Notes: generated by a model from the sequence alone, not told the origin. A stretch of 63,986 nt of DNA, filler included, from Stramenopiles sp. TOSAG23-3 (GCA_900128585.1; 4 parts of 4 records of this genome joined end to end with filler, not necessarily neighbours in it), one strand, 5' to 3'. Numbered from the whole stretch's first letter, positions 31,302-42,695 are shown. Made by a program: numbers and translations.

Positions 31302-31839
31302 GAACCTGGCCGTGGTGCTGTTCTGGTCCCTGCTGCTGTTGTTGTCAACTGTAATTTTTCTATTGCTTTGACGACAATTGGCTTATTAGTTTCAACGTGG
31401 TGTTTGTCAAGGCTGTCAATTTACTAAGCAAAGCATTAAATGTTCAAAATCTACAATGTATAACTGTTACAATTTTAAATTGTAGTATATTTGATTAGTA
31501 TAATAATAGTACCAACAAACAAGGAGGAGGACAAAAAATATTATAATAAAATAATAAAAAAATGAAAAAATAATAATAGTATAATAGGTAAATAGCACCA
31601 AGTGCTTTTTCTTCAGGTGCTTGTCTCTTTCTTTGTCTTCTTTTCTACCAATAATTATATTAAATAAAATATATAATAAATGTTGAAGAAAAAAAAGAAA
31701 AAATTAAATTGTTTTCTCTGCATGACAACATAATCACAGCATCAGTTATGAATTATTATAATTTAAAATAAGACATAATATTTTACTTCTATTTTGTATT
31801 TTTATAAATCTTGAGATTGAGATGAAGAAAACAAAAACT

Positions 31840-32043
31840 TCTTCTTTCTTTCTTCTTCTTCTTCTTTCTTCTTCTTCTTCTTTCTTCTTCTTCTTCTTTT
31901 AAAAAATATCTTTCTTTTTTTCTTCTTCTTCTTTTTTTCTTCTTCTTCTTTCTTTCTTCTTCTTCTTCTTCTTTCATCTTCTTTTTTCTTCTTCTTCTTC
32001 TTTCTTTCTTCTTCTTTCTTCTTTCTTTCTTCTTCTTTTTTTT
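31840..32043. repeat. Polypyrimidine (CTT)n low-complexity tract
   Basis: About 200 nt of C/T in the spacer between divergent genes. Confidence 0.9.
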
Positions 32044-32443
32044 AATTTATTTTGTACCGTTATTGTTTTTCTTCAATAAGGAATATATTAATATAAGCAC
32101 AGCACCATCATAATAAACGATTATATGAAACTCACCAACAAAAAAAGCTAAATTTATATAATAATTATATTTTTATTATGACAACAACAAATAACAGCAG
32201 AAGACAATAATAATAATAAATCACAAAAAATAATTTAAAGAAAGAAAAGTGAAGAAAGAAAAAGATATATACCGTATTATTCTAATCAAAAGCCCCCCTG
32301 AACAAATCTTAAATTTTATGTATATTTAAATGGTGAGCGATTTCGAAATTTAACCCGTTTGTTCATGCCCTTCGGTTCGTCTAGAGAACCCTGGATCGAA
32401 ACATTAGAGTGCCGCGGAGCTCTTGCTTCCTGCCACCATCACC

Positions 32444-32921
32444 ATGGCGACTATCAAGAAGGAGCAACACGCCAAACGAATGAGAAATCGGCGCAAAACC
32501 GAGACGATGTCATCTACGCTAAAGTCGCCCCTTCACTCTAACGATGGAGATCTGCCGATCATGAGATCTGCACATGATGTGCACCATGACAAAATAACGG
32601 AGCCGGAAGTAAAAACGACTCTGAAGTTTGAAGCAGTCAAAAAGGGCGAAAAGGACGACGATCCCTTAACTACCATAGAAAACATAAAGAGAGCGATCGC
32701 TGGGATAGAAGAGACCGTGAAACGGACGGGAATATACAGCAAAGCGTCTCGTCGAAGGAAAAACGAGCTTCTCCGGCAATTGCAGCTTGCTCAACTTTCC
32801 CTGGTCCCTGTCATAAATGTTAAGCCCTGCTCCAAGCCCGTCCTTCTAGAAGCACGAAGCACGTCCGCAGTTTTGGAATTTAAAACGCCGAAACTGAGAT
32901 TGCGAACGCACAAGATTACCG
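32444..32921 (+). CDS. Hypothetical protein, 3'-truncated at contig end (possibly the start of an FN3 domain)
   Basis: ATG at 32444 in a good context, open to the gap; PCSKPVLLEARSTSAVLEFKTP resembles FN3 strands A-B. Confidence 0.55.
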
Positions 32922-33021
32922 NNNNNNNNNNNNNNNNNNNNNNNNNNNNNNNNNNNNNNNNNNNNTTAATTAATTAANNNNNNNNNNNNNNNNNNNNNNN
33001 NNNNNNNNNNNNNNNNNNNNN
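32922..33021. other. Artificial contig linker
   Basis: N44-TTAATTAATTAA-N44. Confidence 0.98.
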
Positions 33022-33393
33022 AAGAGAAACTGAGAAATCTTGACTGAGATTTCTTCCCCTTCACTCAGCTCTTATAATATTATCGATCCGTTATTATTAT
33101 TTCATTAAAATTAATAAATAATAATATTTTTTATCCAATTAAACACTGCTTCACAGCAGCAGTTGTTTTACTTCTTCTTTCTCGTACTACCGTGATGTGG
33201 TGGTAATAATAATAATTAATTAAAATTCGCGCGCGTTATTGTGCACTTTTACTTCAACAATAGTTCCACGAAGGCGCGACTCGCCTTCCGTTCTTCTAAT
33301 AATGTTACCACACGAGCCTTGAAGAAGAAAAAAAGCTGTTCACGTTCATTCTAGACTAGCTGTTCTCATAGAAATTTAAGGAACCTCGACAGG

Positions 33394-36300
33394 ATGAGAT
33401 GGAAAGTAGAAACCGCGGGTGCGCCAGACTTGGAAAAAAAGCGAGACCGCAACGGAGCGCGGCCCACCTCCGCGGCAAAGGATGATATCGTGGTTCGTCA
33501 AATAGTTGGGGAATTAGGAAGGCCGTTGTCGGCACCCTCCACCAGAGCGAAAAAAGATAGTGCAAATTATAGAGTTAGAAGACGGAAAAAAGTCACCGCA
33601 ATCATGCGCACCCCGAACTGGCGCAGGGATACGAAGAAATCAACGTCTGAAGACCTGGAACCATACCTTCAACAGTTGGAAAGGAAAAGGCTGCTCTTGC
33701 AGTTGAGGCGTACCGAGGGTGCCAGGCGCCCGGCAACGTCTTCGGGCTCACGGCTTGTCGAAAAAGGCACCGGAATGTTCAAAAGAACTGAGAAGATTTT
33801 GTCGTTTACGAAAAAGTATTCCGTTGGAACAAAGGCCATCGCTGCACGTGCAAAAGGCCTGGGGAGATGGTTGGAACACTCGGCGCTGCCGCTGAGCATA
33901 AGAGGGCGGCCACTTCTTGCAGACGATTTGAAGCATGGCCCGACGTCACAAATACACAACGTCTTCAAAAGCTGTTTTACAGAACTTACAAAAGAGTGCT
34001 CGCTCTTGTGTGGGGAACACGGGAAACTTATGGATAAAATCTGGAACTACTACGTGGAAGCTTTGGTGGAAGCGTACGAACTGAGGGGACAGGGGAGCCA
34101 AGGGAGCATATTGTCTTCGAGTGAATCGCTGGCGAGCAGCGTAGGGAAGGGGAAGCTGTTGAACAAAGCAAGTCCGAGGGTAACGACTGAGATCCAGGCC
34201 CCTGCTAAAAAAGTAGGAGATGAAAGTACTGGCCAAAAGTTCAAAGGGAAAGTTGACGACGGTGCTGCCACAATGCCGTCAAAGATTACCAGGCGCTCGT
34301 CACTTTTGCGAAAGAATCCAACGCTCTCGCCGATAGCCAAAGACGAACGGGCGCACAACAACCTAGAACACTTGAAACGCGATGTGCACGCATTGAAACG
34401 GTTGGGAATGGCTACGCCATTGTTCCATGCGCATGATGATCCATCCGTTTCCGGAGATGACCATGGATCGGAAAAAGGCATCAACAGAAAGGCATTAATT
34501 CCCGAGGCCCTTCAGAAGAGAATCCGCATCATTGCGGAGCAGGCCGTTTCCCTCCGTCGTTTGAGACAGAGCATATTCTCTGAGTACGTAAGCGGTATAA
34601 ACGCTGAAATAAAAGCCACTAACATGGAGCATACAGAGGATGCGTTCCAACGAGAGGTTGTAGATGTGCCCGAAATTCTGCAGTTAACGGACGAAGAAAA
34701 GCAAAAGAAAAATATGATGGAATTGGTGGAACGGCGCGCACGCGAGGCGAACGAACGTTTGAAAAAGAACAAAACACTGTCGACGAGTGAAAAGGCAAAA
34801 AAGATTGAAGAGGAAAAAGAAATGAAGCGGGCGTGTACCCTAATTCAGTCAGCGTACCGTCAGCGGCAAGCCCGGGAACGGATGCAGTTGCTGCGTAGCC
34901 AAGCGCTGTTGAAAGCAAACCGGTTTGATTTTAATGCATACATTCGATCAAGGACGACGAAGAAGGGGAAATGGCAAGGCTCAATGGAGCTCCATGATGC
35001 GACCAAAATTATGGAAGAGTACGTCTGGGAAAGCAAGCGGCTGGTGCGGGACATGAGTATGGACTGGTGGAAGCAAAAGAAAGAAACGCAAAGAAAGGAA
35101 GAACGTTTACAAGCGACGTGCGAACGAAAGAATGAATCGTTGGCGCAGATTCAGCACCAAGTTTCAGGCTTGATAAAGAGCGTGGGCGACTTTGTCGCAA
35201 CCCTCAATTTTGACAATAAGTCGGAAAAGGTAAAACGCGTCCTTGCCGAGTTACAGGATGAGCTGAACGATTCTAGTAAATCGTTCACCGACGACGGTGG
35301 GGAAAAGCATTGCCGTAAGGTGTGTGACTTAACGACAAAAATTTTGAACAGCAGCACAAAGGTTTACAAAATGAAGAGGGACAACGACATGCAAACCGAC
35401 GGCGACCCAAACGCAGAGCCGGTGGTAAAGAAGGCCGAGGTCAAAGAAACCAAGAAGAAAAAATTGTCCAAGAAACAAAAGTCTCGTTTGAAACGACGAC
35501 GGATAAAGTTGCAAATAGAGCTTGGTAGCCTTTCAGACTACGTTCACTTTGATAGCATTGTAAAAGGGACCCCAAGCACAATTGATAAGCTTCTTCGTTT
35601 TATTGACGAGGTTTACCATGAAAAGATTGAGTACGATGAAGTGGACGATAAGGAAAACCACAAACGGCACAGCATGGCAGAATTTGTGCACGATCATCTT
35701 TTTCGAAAGTATGGGCTCCGTTCCCTCGCAGACAAGCACACTTTCAATTTAGTCTCGAGCTTAAAATTGCACATCGATCACCCAAAAATTAAATTGTTCG
35801 CTCGTTTTTGCCAGTGTGGGATCAAACATTGCGATCCCTTGCCTCTTGCAGCGCTCGATTTTTTCTTGTACGTCGTGGCATATTTTCACACCTTGGAAGA
35901 CAAATACGGGAAGGATCTGCTGTTCACCGACCCGGACATTCCCACGAAAACATTGATGAACGTTCAGTCGGCTCTGTATGCTGTGCCCACCGTTATGGGC
36001 GTACTGCTAAACAACGGACCCAAAATGACTGGTGGGCTAGAGCTGGACCAGCTGAAAATTATGTTCAACGTCAAACTGAAAGTTAAAGAAATGTCGTTCA
36101 AGCACCACGAATCCCAGGTTATAGAGGTCGACATCCTGAACGACATTCTGATGAACTGCTTCGAAAGCATTTGGGACGCCTTGGAAGACATGTTGCGGAC
36201 TTTGTTTGCGGAAGGGGACGTCGACAGTGACGGTGTAATGACATTTGATGAGTTCAGTGACCTTGTCTTGAGTCTACATCCCGAAACAAGTGAAAACAAA

Positions 36301-36966
36301 CTGCACAGAATGTTTAAATTTGCCTTAAAGTCCTTGGATGACCCCACCAGTCATGAAATTACGCCTGATGCCTTTCTTCTTGCAGCGCAAGAACTCGGCT
36401 TTCTGTCAGGGGATCACAAAACATTCATGCCACCCAGGCCGATGAAAATGAGTGAGCTTATCGGTAAATCGGATGATGGGAACGACGTTGGAGAATTATG
36501 GGCCCTTCAAAAGGAGCACGATGCCTCTCAGTACACTGGAAAAGAATTAACGGATGCGGAATGGACCCAGCAACGCGCTCAGAAGAAAGAAAAACAGTTC
36601 GAAAAGCAATTTGAAGTTCACGAACAAACCTGGACAGATGTGAAGGGGCACTTGGATGCGAACAAAGAAGCTCTGGAAAACCTCAAGGATGACCCAATGT
36701 TGAAAGAAAAGGTAGATGAAATCCACGTTCTGCGAACACTCCTGGAGGATCAAATTGAAAACAAACAAGATGCTAAAGAGGCGAGAAGTACGCTTCATAA
36801 ATTGAATAGACGAGTCTCGAACATACCCCTTCTGAACGAAGAAGAAATGGCCGCGCTAGAACAAATTGTTGCAGTCGACCAAGGAGACGATAGCGATTTG
36901 GATGAAGACCTCGAGGATCACAGGGAACCTAAAGAGGAGGAACGGGAAGAGGGAACGGGGTTGTGA
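33394..36966 (+). CDS. Probable flagellar protein: axonemal dynein light-chain-like segment, IQ motif, EF-hands
   Basis: CFTELTKECSLLCGEHGKLMDKIW (p28/AXDND1-like); IQ LIQSAYRQRQAR; EFVHDHLFRKYGLRSLA...IKLFARF block; EF-hand DVDSDGVMTFDEF. Confidence 0.65.
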   Translation: MRWKVETAGAPDLEKKRDRNGARPTSAAKDDIVVRQIVGELGRPLSAPSTRAKKDSANYRVRRRKKVTAIMRTPNWRRDTKKSTSEDLEPYLQQLERKRLLLQLRRTEGARRPATSSGSRLVEKGTGMFKRTEKILSFTKKYSVGTKAIAARAKGLGRWLEHSALPLSIRGRPLLADDLKHGPTSQIHNVFKSCFTELTKECSLLCGEHGKLMDKIWNYYVEALVEAYELRGQGSQGSILSSSESLASSVGKGKLLNKASPRVTTEIQAPAKKVGDESTGQKFKGKVDDGAATMPSKITRRSSLLRKNPTLSPIAKDERAHNNLEHLKRDVHALKRLGMATPLFHAHDDPSVSGDDHGSEKGINRKALIPEALQKRIRIIAEQAVSLRRLRQSIFSEYVSGINAEIKATNMEHTEDAFQREVVDVPEILQLTDEEKQKKNMMELVERRAREANERLKKNKTLSTSEKAKKIEEEKEMKRACTLIQSAYRQRQARERMQLLRSQALLKANRFDFNAYIRSRTTKKGKWQGSMELHDATKIMEEYVWESKRLVRDMSMDWWKQKKETQRKEERLQATCERKNESLAQIQHQVSGLIKSVGDFVATLNFDNKSEKVKRVLAELQDELNDSSKSFTDDGGEKHCRKVCDLTTKILNSSTKVYKMKRDNDMQTDGDPNAEPVVKKAEVKETKKKKLSKKQKSRLKRRRIKLQIELGSLSDYVHFDSIVKGTPSTIDKLLRFIDEVYHEKIEYDEVDDKENHKRHSMAEFVHDHLFRKYGLRSLADKHTFNLVSSLKLHIDHPKIKLFARFCQCGIKHCDPLPLAALDFFLYVVAYFHTLEDKYGKDLLFTDPDIPTKTLMNVQSALYAVPTVMGVLLNNGPKMTGGLELDQLKIMFNVKLKVKEMSFKHHESQVIEVDILNDILMNCFESIWDALEDMLRTLFAEGDVDSDGVMTFDEFSDLVLSLHPETSENKLHRMFKFALKSLDDPTSHEITPDAFLLAAQELGFLSGDHKTFMPPRPMKMSELIGKSDDGNDVGELWALQKEHDASQYTGKELTDAEWTQQRAQKKEKQFEKQFEVHEQTWTDVKGHLDANKEALENLKDDPMLKEKVDEIHVLRTLLEDQIENKQDAKEARSTLHKLNRRVSNIPLLNEEEMAALEQIVAVDQGDDSDLDEDLEDHREPKEEEREEGTGL

Positions 36967-37137
36967 TAAACGAAAGCAAAACTAATAATGATCAGTTCCT
37001 ATCATTTGTTTTTTAATTTAAGTGTTTTCGTACACTTTTATTATATATTATTTTTATTAATTTTTTATAAAAATATATATTTGCGCCCATGATGTTGGCT
37101 ACCAGAACCTAGTGCAGCATATTTTATTTGTTTTCAT

Positions 37138-38298
37138 TCAGTAGTAGCTAAGCTCGTGGTTTTTCAAAAAGTAAAATTGATGGGTCATCTCGTTTCGTTT
37201 AGGAAAGACTTGGCGATGCTGAATATGGATTCTCAAGTTTCGGAAATACTCTTTTAACGCATCGTTTGCCTCTTCCGCGGCGGCGTCCTCGCCGTCACAA
37301 ACAGCACCTGTTACGTCATCACGATTACCCCCCGATGACAACGAGTTCAGCGTGCGGTCGATCAGCCCTTCCAAGACATTACTACTCACTGTATTGCTCA
37401 GTACCCTGGTGACGCCTTGTACGCAGTGCCTCGACGTTCCGGTAGCAATCATAACGTCGCCACTTTTTAATCGAATAGCCATAGGCTTTGCGTCTTTTGT
37501 CTCGCCACCTACTAGAATGACGGCATCGTTCAGCAATGAGAGGCTGATTATGGGGGCTGCTTGATCGGGCTCTATGTCCCTTTTGTGTCCGGCAACTCGA
37601 TCTAACTCCGTGTGGAAATGTACAATTGACGTTTCAGGGTAAAATGGTTTTTTGCCCGCTACACCCGCTTGAAGAACTGATCGAGCAATGTGCGACGCTA
37701 AAAGTGCCAAAGAGGCAGGGTAGGGACTGAAATGCCCCGTGCCTTCGACACCGCTACTGTTCTGGTGGTATTCCATTTTTTCCCAGTCTATATGGTAGCC
37801 ATAGCTTGCCCACTTCAACGCTGACATCTTCTTCTTTGCATACGTTTTGCTTTTTCCTGGTCTGGTCTCTTTGACAAATTGCTCGTATAAATTTTCAGTA
37901 AATAAGTTTTCCGGTAGATTCGTTTTGCAAACGGTTGGGGATAATAAATCCCTCATAATGTGGTGAGACCAGAACACTTGCTGCACCACTGTCAAACACT
38001 GCGGAATTATGATGAGGCCGTTTCTTTTGTCCTCCTTGTTTGGAGTGTTGTAGCTAAACGCCTTAGTGATGTCTCCGAACGTTGGCAAATACTTCTCAAT
38101 TCCATTGTGACTTTTTTTGTCCGAGGGTAAATCCGGTTCTATCCTATAACTTTTAAAATGCTTGTCTCTGTACAGCGAAAAGTCCACAATTTTCAGTGCA
38201 AGCAGCTCTCTGTGATTGTTGTCTTTCAAGGCTTTCTTCAGCCTCTTTTCAAACGTGGTATAAACGTTGTCTTCCTGAAAGTCTACTTTTAAGCTCAT
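37138..38298 (-). CDS. ALKBH1-like 2OG-Fe(II) dioxygenase fold, probably catalytically degenerate
   Basis: LKWASYGYHIDW, PIISLSL, VGGETKD..PMAIRLKSGDVMI and RIHIQHRQV match ALKBH1; the HxD...H ligands read HKR...Q. Confidence 0.8.
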   Translation of the reverse strand: MSLKVDFQEDNVYTTFEKRLKKALKDNNHRELLALKIVDFSLYRDKHFKSYRIEPDLPSDKKSHNGIEKYLPTFGDITKAFSYNTPNKEDKRNGLIIIPQCLTVVQQVFWSHHIMRDLLSPTVCKTNLPENLFTENLYEQFVKETRPGKSKTYAKKKMSALKWASYGYHIDWEKMEYHQNSSGVEGTGHFSPYPASLALLASHIARSVLQAGVAGKKPFYPETSIVHFHTELDRVAGHKRDIEPDQAAPIISLSLLNDAVILVGGETKDAKPMAIRLKSGDVMIATGTSRHCVQGVTRVLSNTVSSNVLEGLIDRTLNSLSSGGNRDDVTGAVCDGEDAAAEEANDALKEYFRNLRIHIQHRQVFPKRNEMTHQFYFLKNHELSYY

Positions 38299-39025
38299 GC
38301 CGTTTCATTCCAGCAATTGTTCATCGGCTTAAAATGTGCACTTGGGACAATAAATTATTAGAAGCTCACCACAGGTACTTGGTAGGTGCCGTGCTTGTTC
38401 CTCGTGAAGTACTTCTAAGAGGGAAAAGATTCGCGTCAATGTTTGTTGATTGAAGCTATGGTTAAGAAGTCGGTCGTTTCTATTACTACTACTTATTTTT
38501 TTAAATTTTGTCCTCTTCTTCTTTCGTTTGTTTCTTCTGTTGTATCGATTGGTACGGTACCTTACCGTATATTAATATTGTCCGCGTCGCCTCCTCGTTA
38601 ATTACTTGTTGGAAAATTATATTATTATTATTATTCGGTTTCTATTATTTTCTATTATTTGGTACTCTACTCTACTATAATATTATACTACACCTTCACA
38701 GCATTCACTTCTGTTTTGTTTATTATTATTTCATTCTTCTTATTATTATTTCATATTACTAGTCTACTACTTCTTTTTTTCTCTTCACTTTCCTTCTTCG
38801 GTTCTTCTTCATTTTTTTTTTTTTGTTGAATAATAATATATATGATTGAATTTTGCATTTTTTATTTGGCCAAACAAAAAGTATAAAATGAACACTTTAC
38901 ACTCTCTTACACCAATACTAAGACGGGAACACGAATTAACTGGGTAACCTTTTCAACGTCAATATTGATGGAAAGCTTGATACATTTGGTCGGTTTTGGA
39001 AGAGAGTTCATGCAGAGAAGTTTTC

Positions 39026-40681
39026 ATGCATCGCTCTACGTATAGGCACGCGATTCTTTGGGTTCTGTTGCTTTGGGAATTTTGTTGTGAAAGCAAAGTG
39101 CAAGTAGATCCTGCCGTTGGTCGTTTCGTACTTTCAGACTCGCGGGAGGCTACATTCCATGGCCTGTGCGTGACTGAATCGTCGGAGCTTCAAAAGGTTC
39201 CGGGTCTTGTAAATATAACTAACGAAAAAGCAAGGGAATTGCGTTCTCTGGGATTCAACGTTCTTCGAGTAGGAATCCACTGGAGCCTTTACGAAGTCGC
39301 GCCAAACACTTACAACGAAACCTACCTTTCGGAACTGGCGGGGCTGGTGAATCGACTCGGCAACGAGCACAAATTTTATATCATTTTGGACATGCACCAA
39401 GACCAGTTATCTGAGCGGTTTTGCGCCGGTCATGGCGTCCCGCCGTTTTATGCCAAAGTAAGGGATCCCAAGTACCAGAGAGGAGGGCGCAGGGCTTTCC
39501 CTTGGCCGGTCGCTGCGCCGCGGTATGAAAATCAAACTCGCAGTGCTCCTTTTATCGATTGCAGCACGTTCCTTCGTAAACACAAAGGGTCGGCGGTAGA
39601 CTTGTACACGTATTACTTGGGGAAAGCTTTTCAGGAGATATACGACAACATTGATGGGAAGCTTGATGCATTCGGTCGATTTTGGCAGAGAGTGGCGGAG
39701 AAGTTTCGTGCATCGCCTTACGTGTTGGCATACGAAATTTTAAACGAACCATGGTACGGAGAGGTCGACTTGATAAGGGGCGTGGGTGGTGTGGATGGAT
39801 GGACCGTTAATGATACCATATATTTTCAGTGGGCAAACGTTCAAAATTTTCAGAACAAACTAAATAAACAGCTGCATAAAGCCATCCGTCAATATGACAA
39901 CAGGACCATCATTTTGTGGGAACCAGCAGCGGGCGGCAGCCGTTACCACGTTTTACCGACGGGGTTTACGGAAGGCCCAGGAGGCGAAGAATACAATGAC
40001 CGGCAAGCATTTTCGTACCATGTGTACTGCGCCAATGCAACGCGGGGCGGCCCTTGGGGAGGAGGTGCTGGTGGTAAAGCAGAAGGCTTAAATCGGTGCT
40101 CAAAATATGTGAATATTTCTGTGGACGTCCGGCGAATGGATTCTATGTTAGCGGGTGCTGGTGGGGCTGCCATAGTAACCGAATTCGGCCAGAACAACAA
40201 TGATACTGCCGGCATCCTCGCAATGAAAGCATCCTTGGAAGGGTTTGAACGCGTTCGTCATAGCTGGACGCTGTGGAGTGTACAGATGATGCACTACTAT
40301 CAAAAGGGTGGCGTTCCTGGTATTAAATGGAACGCGAGTGCCCCTCCGCCGAACTTTGCAAGTGTTCTCGCACGCCCCTACGTCCAATATCTGCATGGGA
40401 GACTCGCCAACAGCTCCGTACAAAGTGCAGACGAAAAGCAAACTCTCTGGTTCTTTTTTGAAGTTGCGGAAAAGCAAAGTGTGCCTTTGAGGACGGAAGT
40501 TTATTTTCCATTTAAAGATAAAGCTGCTGTATCTTTAGAGTTTTTCCCGCCCCACTCTTGCAGTGACTCCCAAGTCTCCCATTCATTCGTTAGTTTTCTC
40601 GTCGATTATGATTCGGTTAGAACAGGAGATATGGTCAAAGTGAACATTACCCGGAGGAACTACCACGAGGAGTCCTCGTAA
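39026..40681 (+). CDS. Secreted GH5 endoglycoceramidase-like glycoside hydrolase
   Basis: Signal peptide; GFNVLRVGIHW, ILDMHQD, acid/base YEILNEP, FSYHVYC, nucleophile VTEFG. ATG at 39026. Confidence 0.88.
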   Translation: MHRSTYRHAILWVLLLWEFCCESKVQVDPAVGRFVLSDSREATFHGLCVTESSELQKVPGLVNITNEKARELRSLGFNVLRVGIHWSLYEVAPNTYNETYLSELAGLVNRLGNEHKFYIILDMHQDQLSERFCAGHGVPPFYAKVRDPKYQRGGRRAFPWPVAAPRYENQTRSAPFIDCSTFLRKHKGSAVDLYTYYLGKAFQEIYDNIDGKLDAFGRFWQRVAEKFRASPYVLAYEILNEPWYGEVDLIRGVGGVDGWTVNDTIYFQWANVQNFQNKLNKQLHKAIRQYDNRTIILWEPAAGGSRYHVLPTGFTEGPGGEEYNDRQAFSYHVYCANATRGGPWGGGAGGKAEGLNRCSKYVNISVDVRRMDSMLAGAGGAAIVTEFGQNNNDTAGILAMKASLEGFERVRHSWTLWSVQMMHYYQKGGVPGIKWNASAPPPNFASVLARPYVQYLHGRLANSSVQSADEKQTLWFFFEVAEKQSVPLRTEVYFPFKDKAAVSLEFFPPHSCSDSQVSHSFVSFLVDYDSVRTGDMVKVNITRRNYHEESS

Positions 40682-41075
40682 CAGAGAACAGAGAGACGAC
40701 TAAATCAGTGTACTTGATCGTGCTGCTAATTAATAATATAGAAATAGCATTTGTTTACTACCTGTAATATTATACCGTACCGGTACAGGAACCGGAATGC
40801 TTCAACAGCCAGAAATAATCGATCGACTATGAACAGGAAAAGAAGAAGTAGAAGAAAGAGGGGAGGAGGGGAAGGAGAAGAAGAAGGAGAGAAGAAAGAT
40901 GATGAAAAAAATAATAATAGTACCAGAAGTTCAAAAAAAGTGCGCCACCACCGGTACGCTGTGATCGATCCAATGGCAATTTTTACAAATGCAAGTATAT
41001 ATGTAAATTGGTTTCAACAGGAATCGTTGGTTGTGGAAAAGCGTGTGTTTAAAGTCTCGAAAAATTGAAGCAATT

Positions 41076-42623
41076 ATGAGATCCGAAAGTGTAAATGCAA
41101 AGAATTATACTATTGTGAACCCGGACAGTGAAAAGCAGGCCCTCCTGCTCTCGAGCGACCAGGAATCGCTTCAGGTCCCAAATGGCGCTTCGGGGGACAG
41201 CAAAAGTGTTGACTCGTTTGCTGATGAAGTTGGGGTCAACCGTTTCCATTACATTCTAATATGTATCATGGGTCTTGCAAACGTTGGTGATGCAACGGAG
41301 GTTATAAGTATGGGGTACATTATTGCGTCGGAATCGTTTGCAACAGAGTTTGGGGACGATATCACAGGCAAAGAAACACTAACCGCTGCTATATTTTTTG
41401 GAATGCTTCTGGGTGGAATAGGGGTTGGAGTTGTGGGTGAAAGGATAGGGAGAAAACGGTTATTGTTGGCAACGTTGGCAATTAATTCGTTTGCCGGGTG
41501 TGCTGCGGCGGCTACTCCGGACCTGGTGATCCTCACGGTGCTGCGTGCAATTGCTGGCGTCGGCGTCGGGGGCACAGTCCCTTGCTTGTTCACTTTAGGT
41601 GCAGAACTTACCCCGGCTTCAAAGCGCGGGCTGTTCCTCACCATTATTGGTTGGTTTTGGATGGTGGGATCCGTTTCAACTTCAATTTTGAGCATTTTGA
41701 TAATGGATTACTTGAAGCTTTCATGGCGCTGGTTTTCACTTGCCTGTGTCATCCCGTCAGCGGTGTGTCTTTTTCTTGTTTTTAGATTTGTTGAAGAAAG
41801 TCCCAGATACCTCGTTGTCATCAAAAAGTATGATTCAGCCGCGGCGGTGTTGAACCGCATAGCAAAGTGTGGACAGGGAGAGAAGTCGTTGCTTGCCATT
41901 ACGGGGGAAGAAATTAGGGGTTCGGTGCATGAGCGGAGCGATGCATCGCTCAATGCTGGGTACGTGAGTCAAATAAAGTCGATATACCTTCACAAAAAGC
42001 TGAGAAAAAGCACGTTAGTGTTGCAAGCACTTTGGTTTTTTCTGAGTTTTAGCAATTACGGGTTGATAACCTGGATTACGACTTTGTTCAAAACGATTGG
42101 ACTAGCAAACTACGACGTTGCCTCGTCTTGTTTTGCACTCGGAGCGCTCCCGGGTAACCTTGTATCAACCTATTTGATCGAAAAAACAGGAAGGCGCCCG
42201 TTAATGATTTGGTCCATGGCCCTGGGTGCGATTTCTCTCGTGCTTTTTGCAGTGCTGGTTAAGAACAGTCCACAGAATCACACAGGGCTAATAATTCTTT
42301 CGGGGGCCGCCTATAATGCCTGCGCGACTGCCAGCTGGAACACTTTAGACGTAATGAGCGCGGAGACATCTCCCACAACTGTTCGCACAACTGTTATGGG
42401 CATTTTATCTGCAAGTGGAAGAATCGGGGCGATGCTTGCTCAGTTTACGAATGCCGCATTGGTGAAATCCCCAGCACTTCTTCTGTCGCTGGCCTCTGCG
42501 ATCATGCTCTTCGGGGCGATTGCGCCCTTGGCATTGCCAGATATGAAAGGCAGGGCGCTGCAAGACCATTTTGGAGGAAACAACGGAGGAAAAAATAGTG
42601 ACGAAGAAGATGGTACACTTTAA
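41076..42623 (+). CDS. MFS transporter, SV2/SVOP-like
   Basis: GERIGRK motif A, LRAIAGVGVGG, AELTP..RG, EESPRYL, ETSPTTVRTT. N-terminal EKQALLL may be a dileucine sorting signal. Confidence 0.88.
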   Translation: MRSESVNAKNYTIVNPDSEKQALLLSSDQESLQVPNGASGDSKSVDSFADEVGVNRFHYILICIMGLANVGDATEVISMGYIIASESFATEFGDDITGKETLTAAIFFGMLLGGIGVGVVGERIGRKRLLLATLAINSFAGCAAAATPDLVILTVLRAIAGVGVGGTVPCLFTLGAELTPASKRGLFLTIIGWFWMVGSVSTSILSILIMDYLKLSWRWFSLACVIPSAVCLFLVFRFVEESPRYLVVIKKYDSAAAVLNRIAKCGQGEKSLLAITGEEIRGSVHERSDASLNAGYVSQIKSIYLHKKLRKSTLVLQALWFFLSFSNYGLITWITTLFKTIGLANYDVASSCFALGALPGNLVSTYLIEKTGRRPLMIWSMALGAISLVLFAVLVKNSPQNHTGLIILSGAAYNACATASWNTLDVMSAETSPTTVRTTVMGILSASGRIGAMLAQFTNAALVKSPALLLSLASAIMLFGAIAPLALPDMKGRALQDHFGGNNGGKNSDEEDGTL

Positions 42624-42695
42624 TTAAAAAGGAATTTAAATTTGCGTGACGAATTCTTTAAAAAATGCCAAAAAACAAAAAACTACACCCTCTCT

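Noticed and set aside
274-38298. Apparent RNA-modification cluster (THUMP, RNA ligase, Trm5, ALKBH1)
   Set aside because: The genes lie on three artificially joined contigs. Only the ligase and Trm5 share one, separated by unrelated genes.
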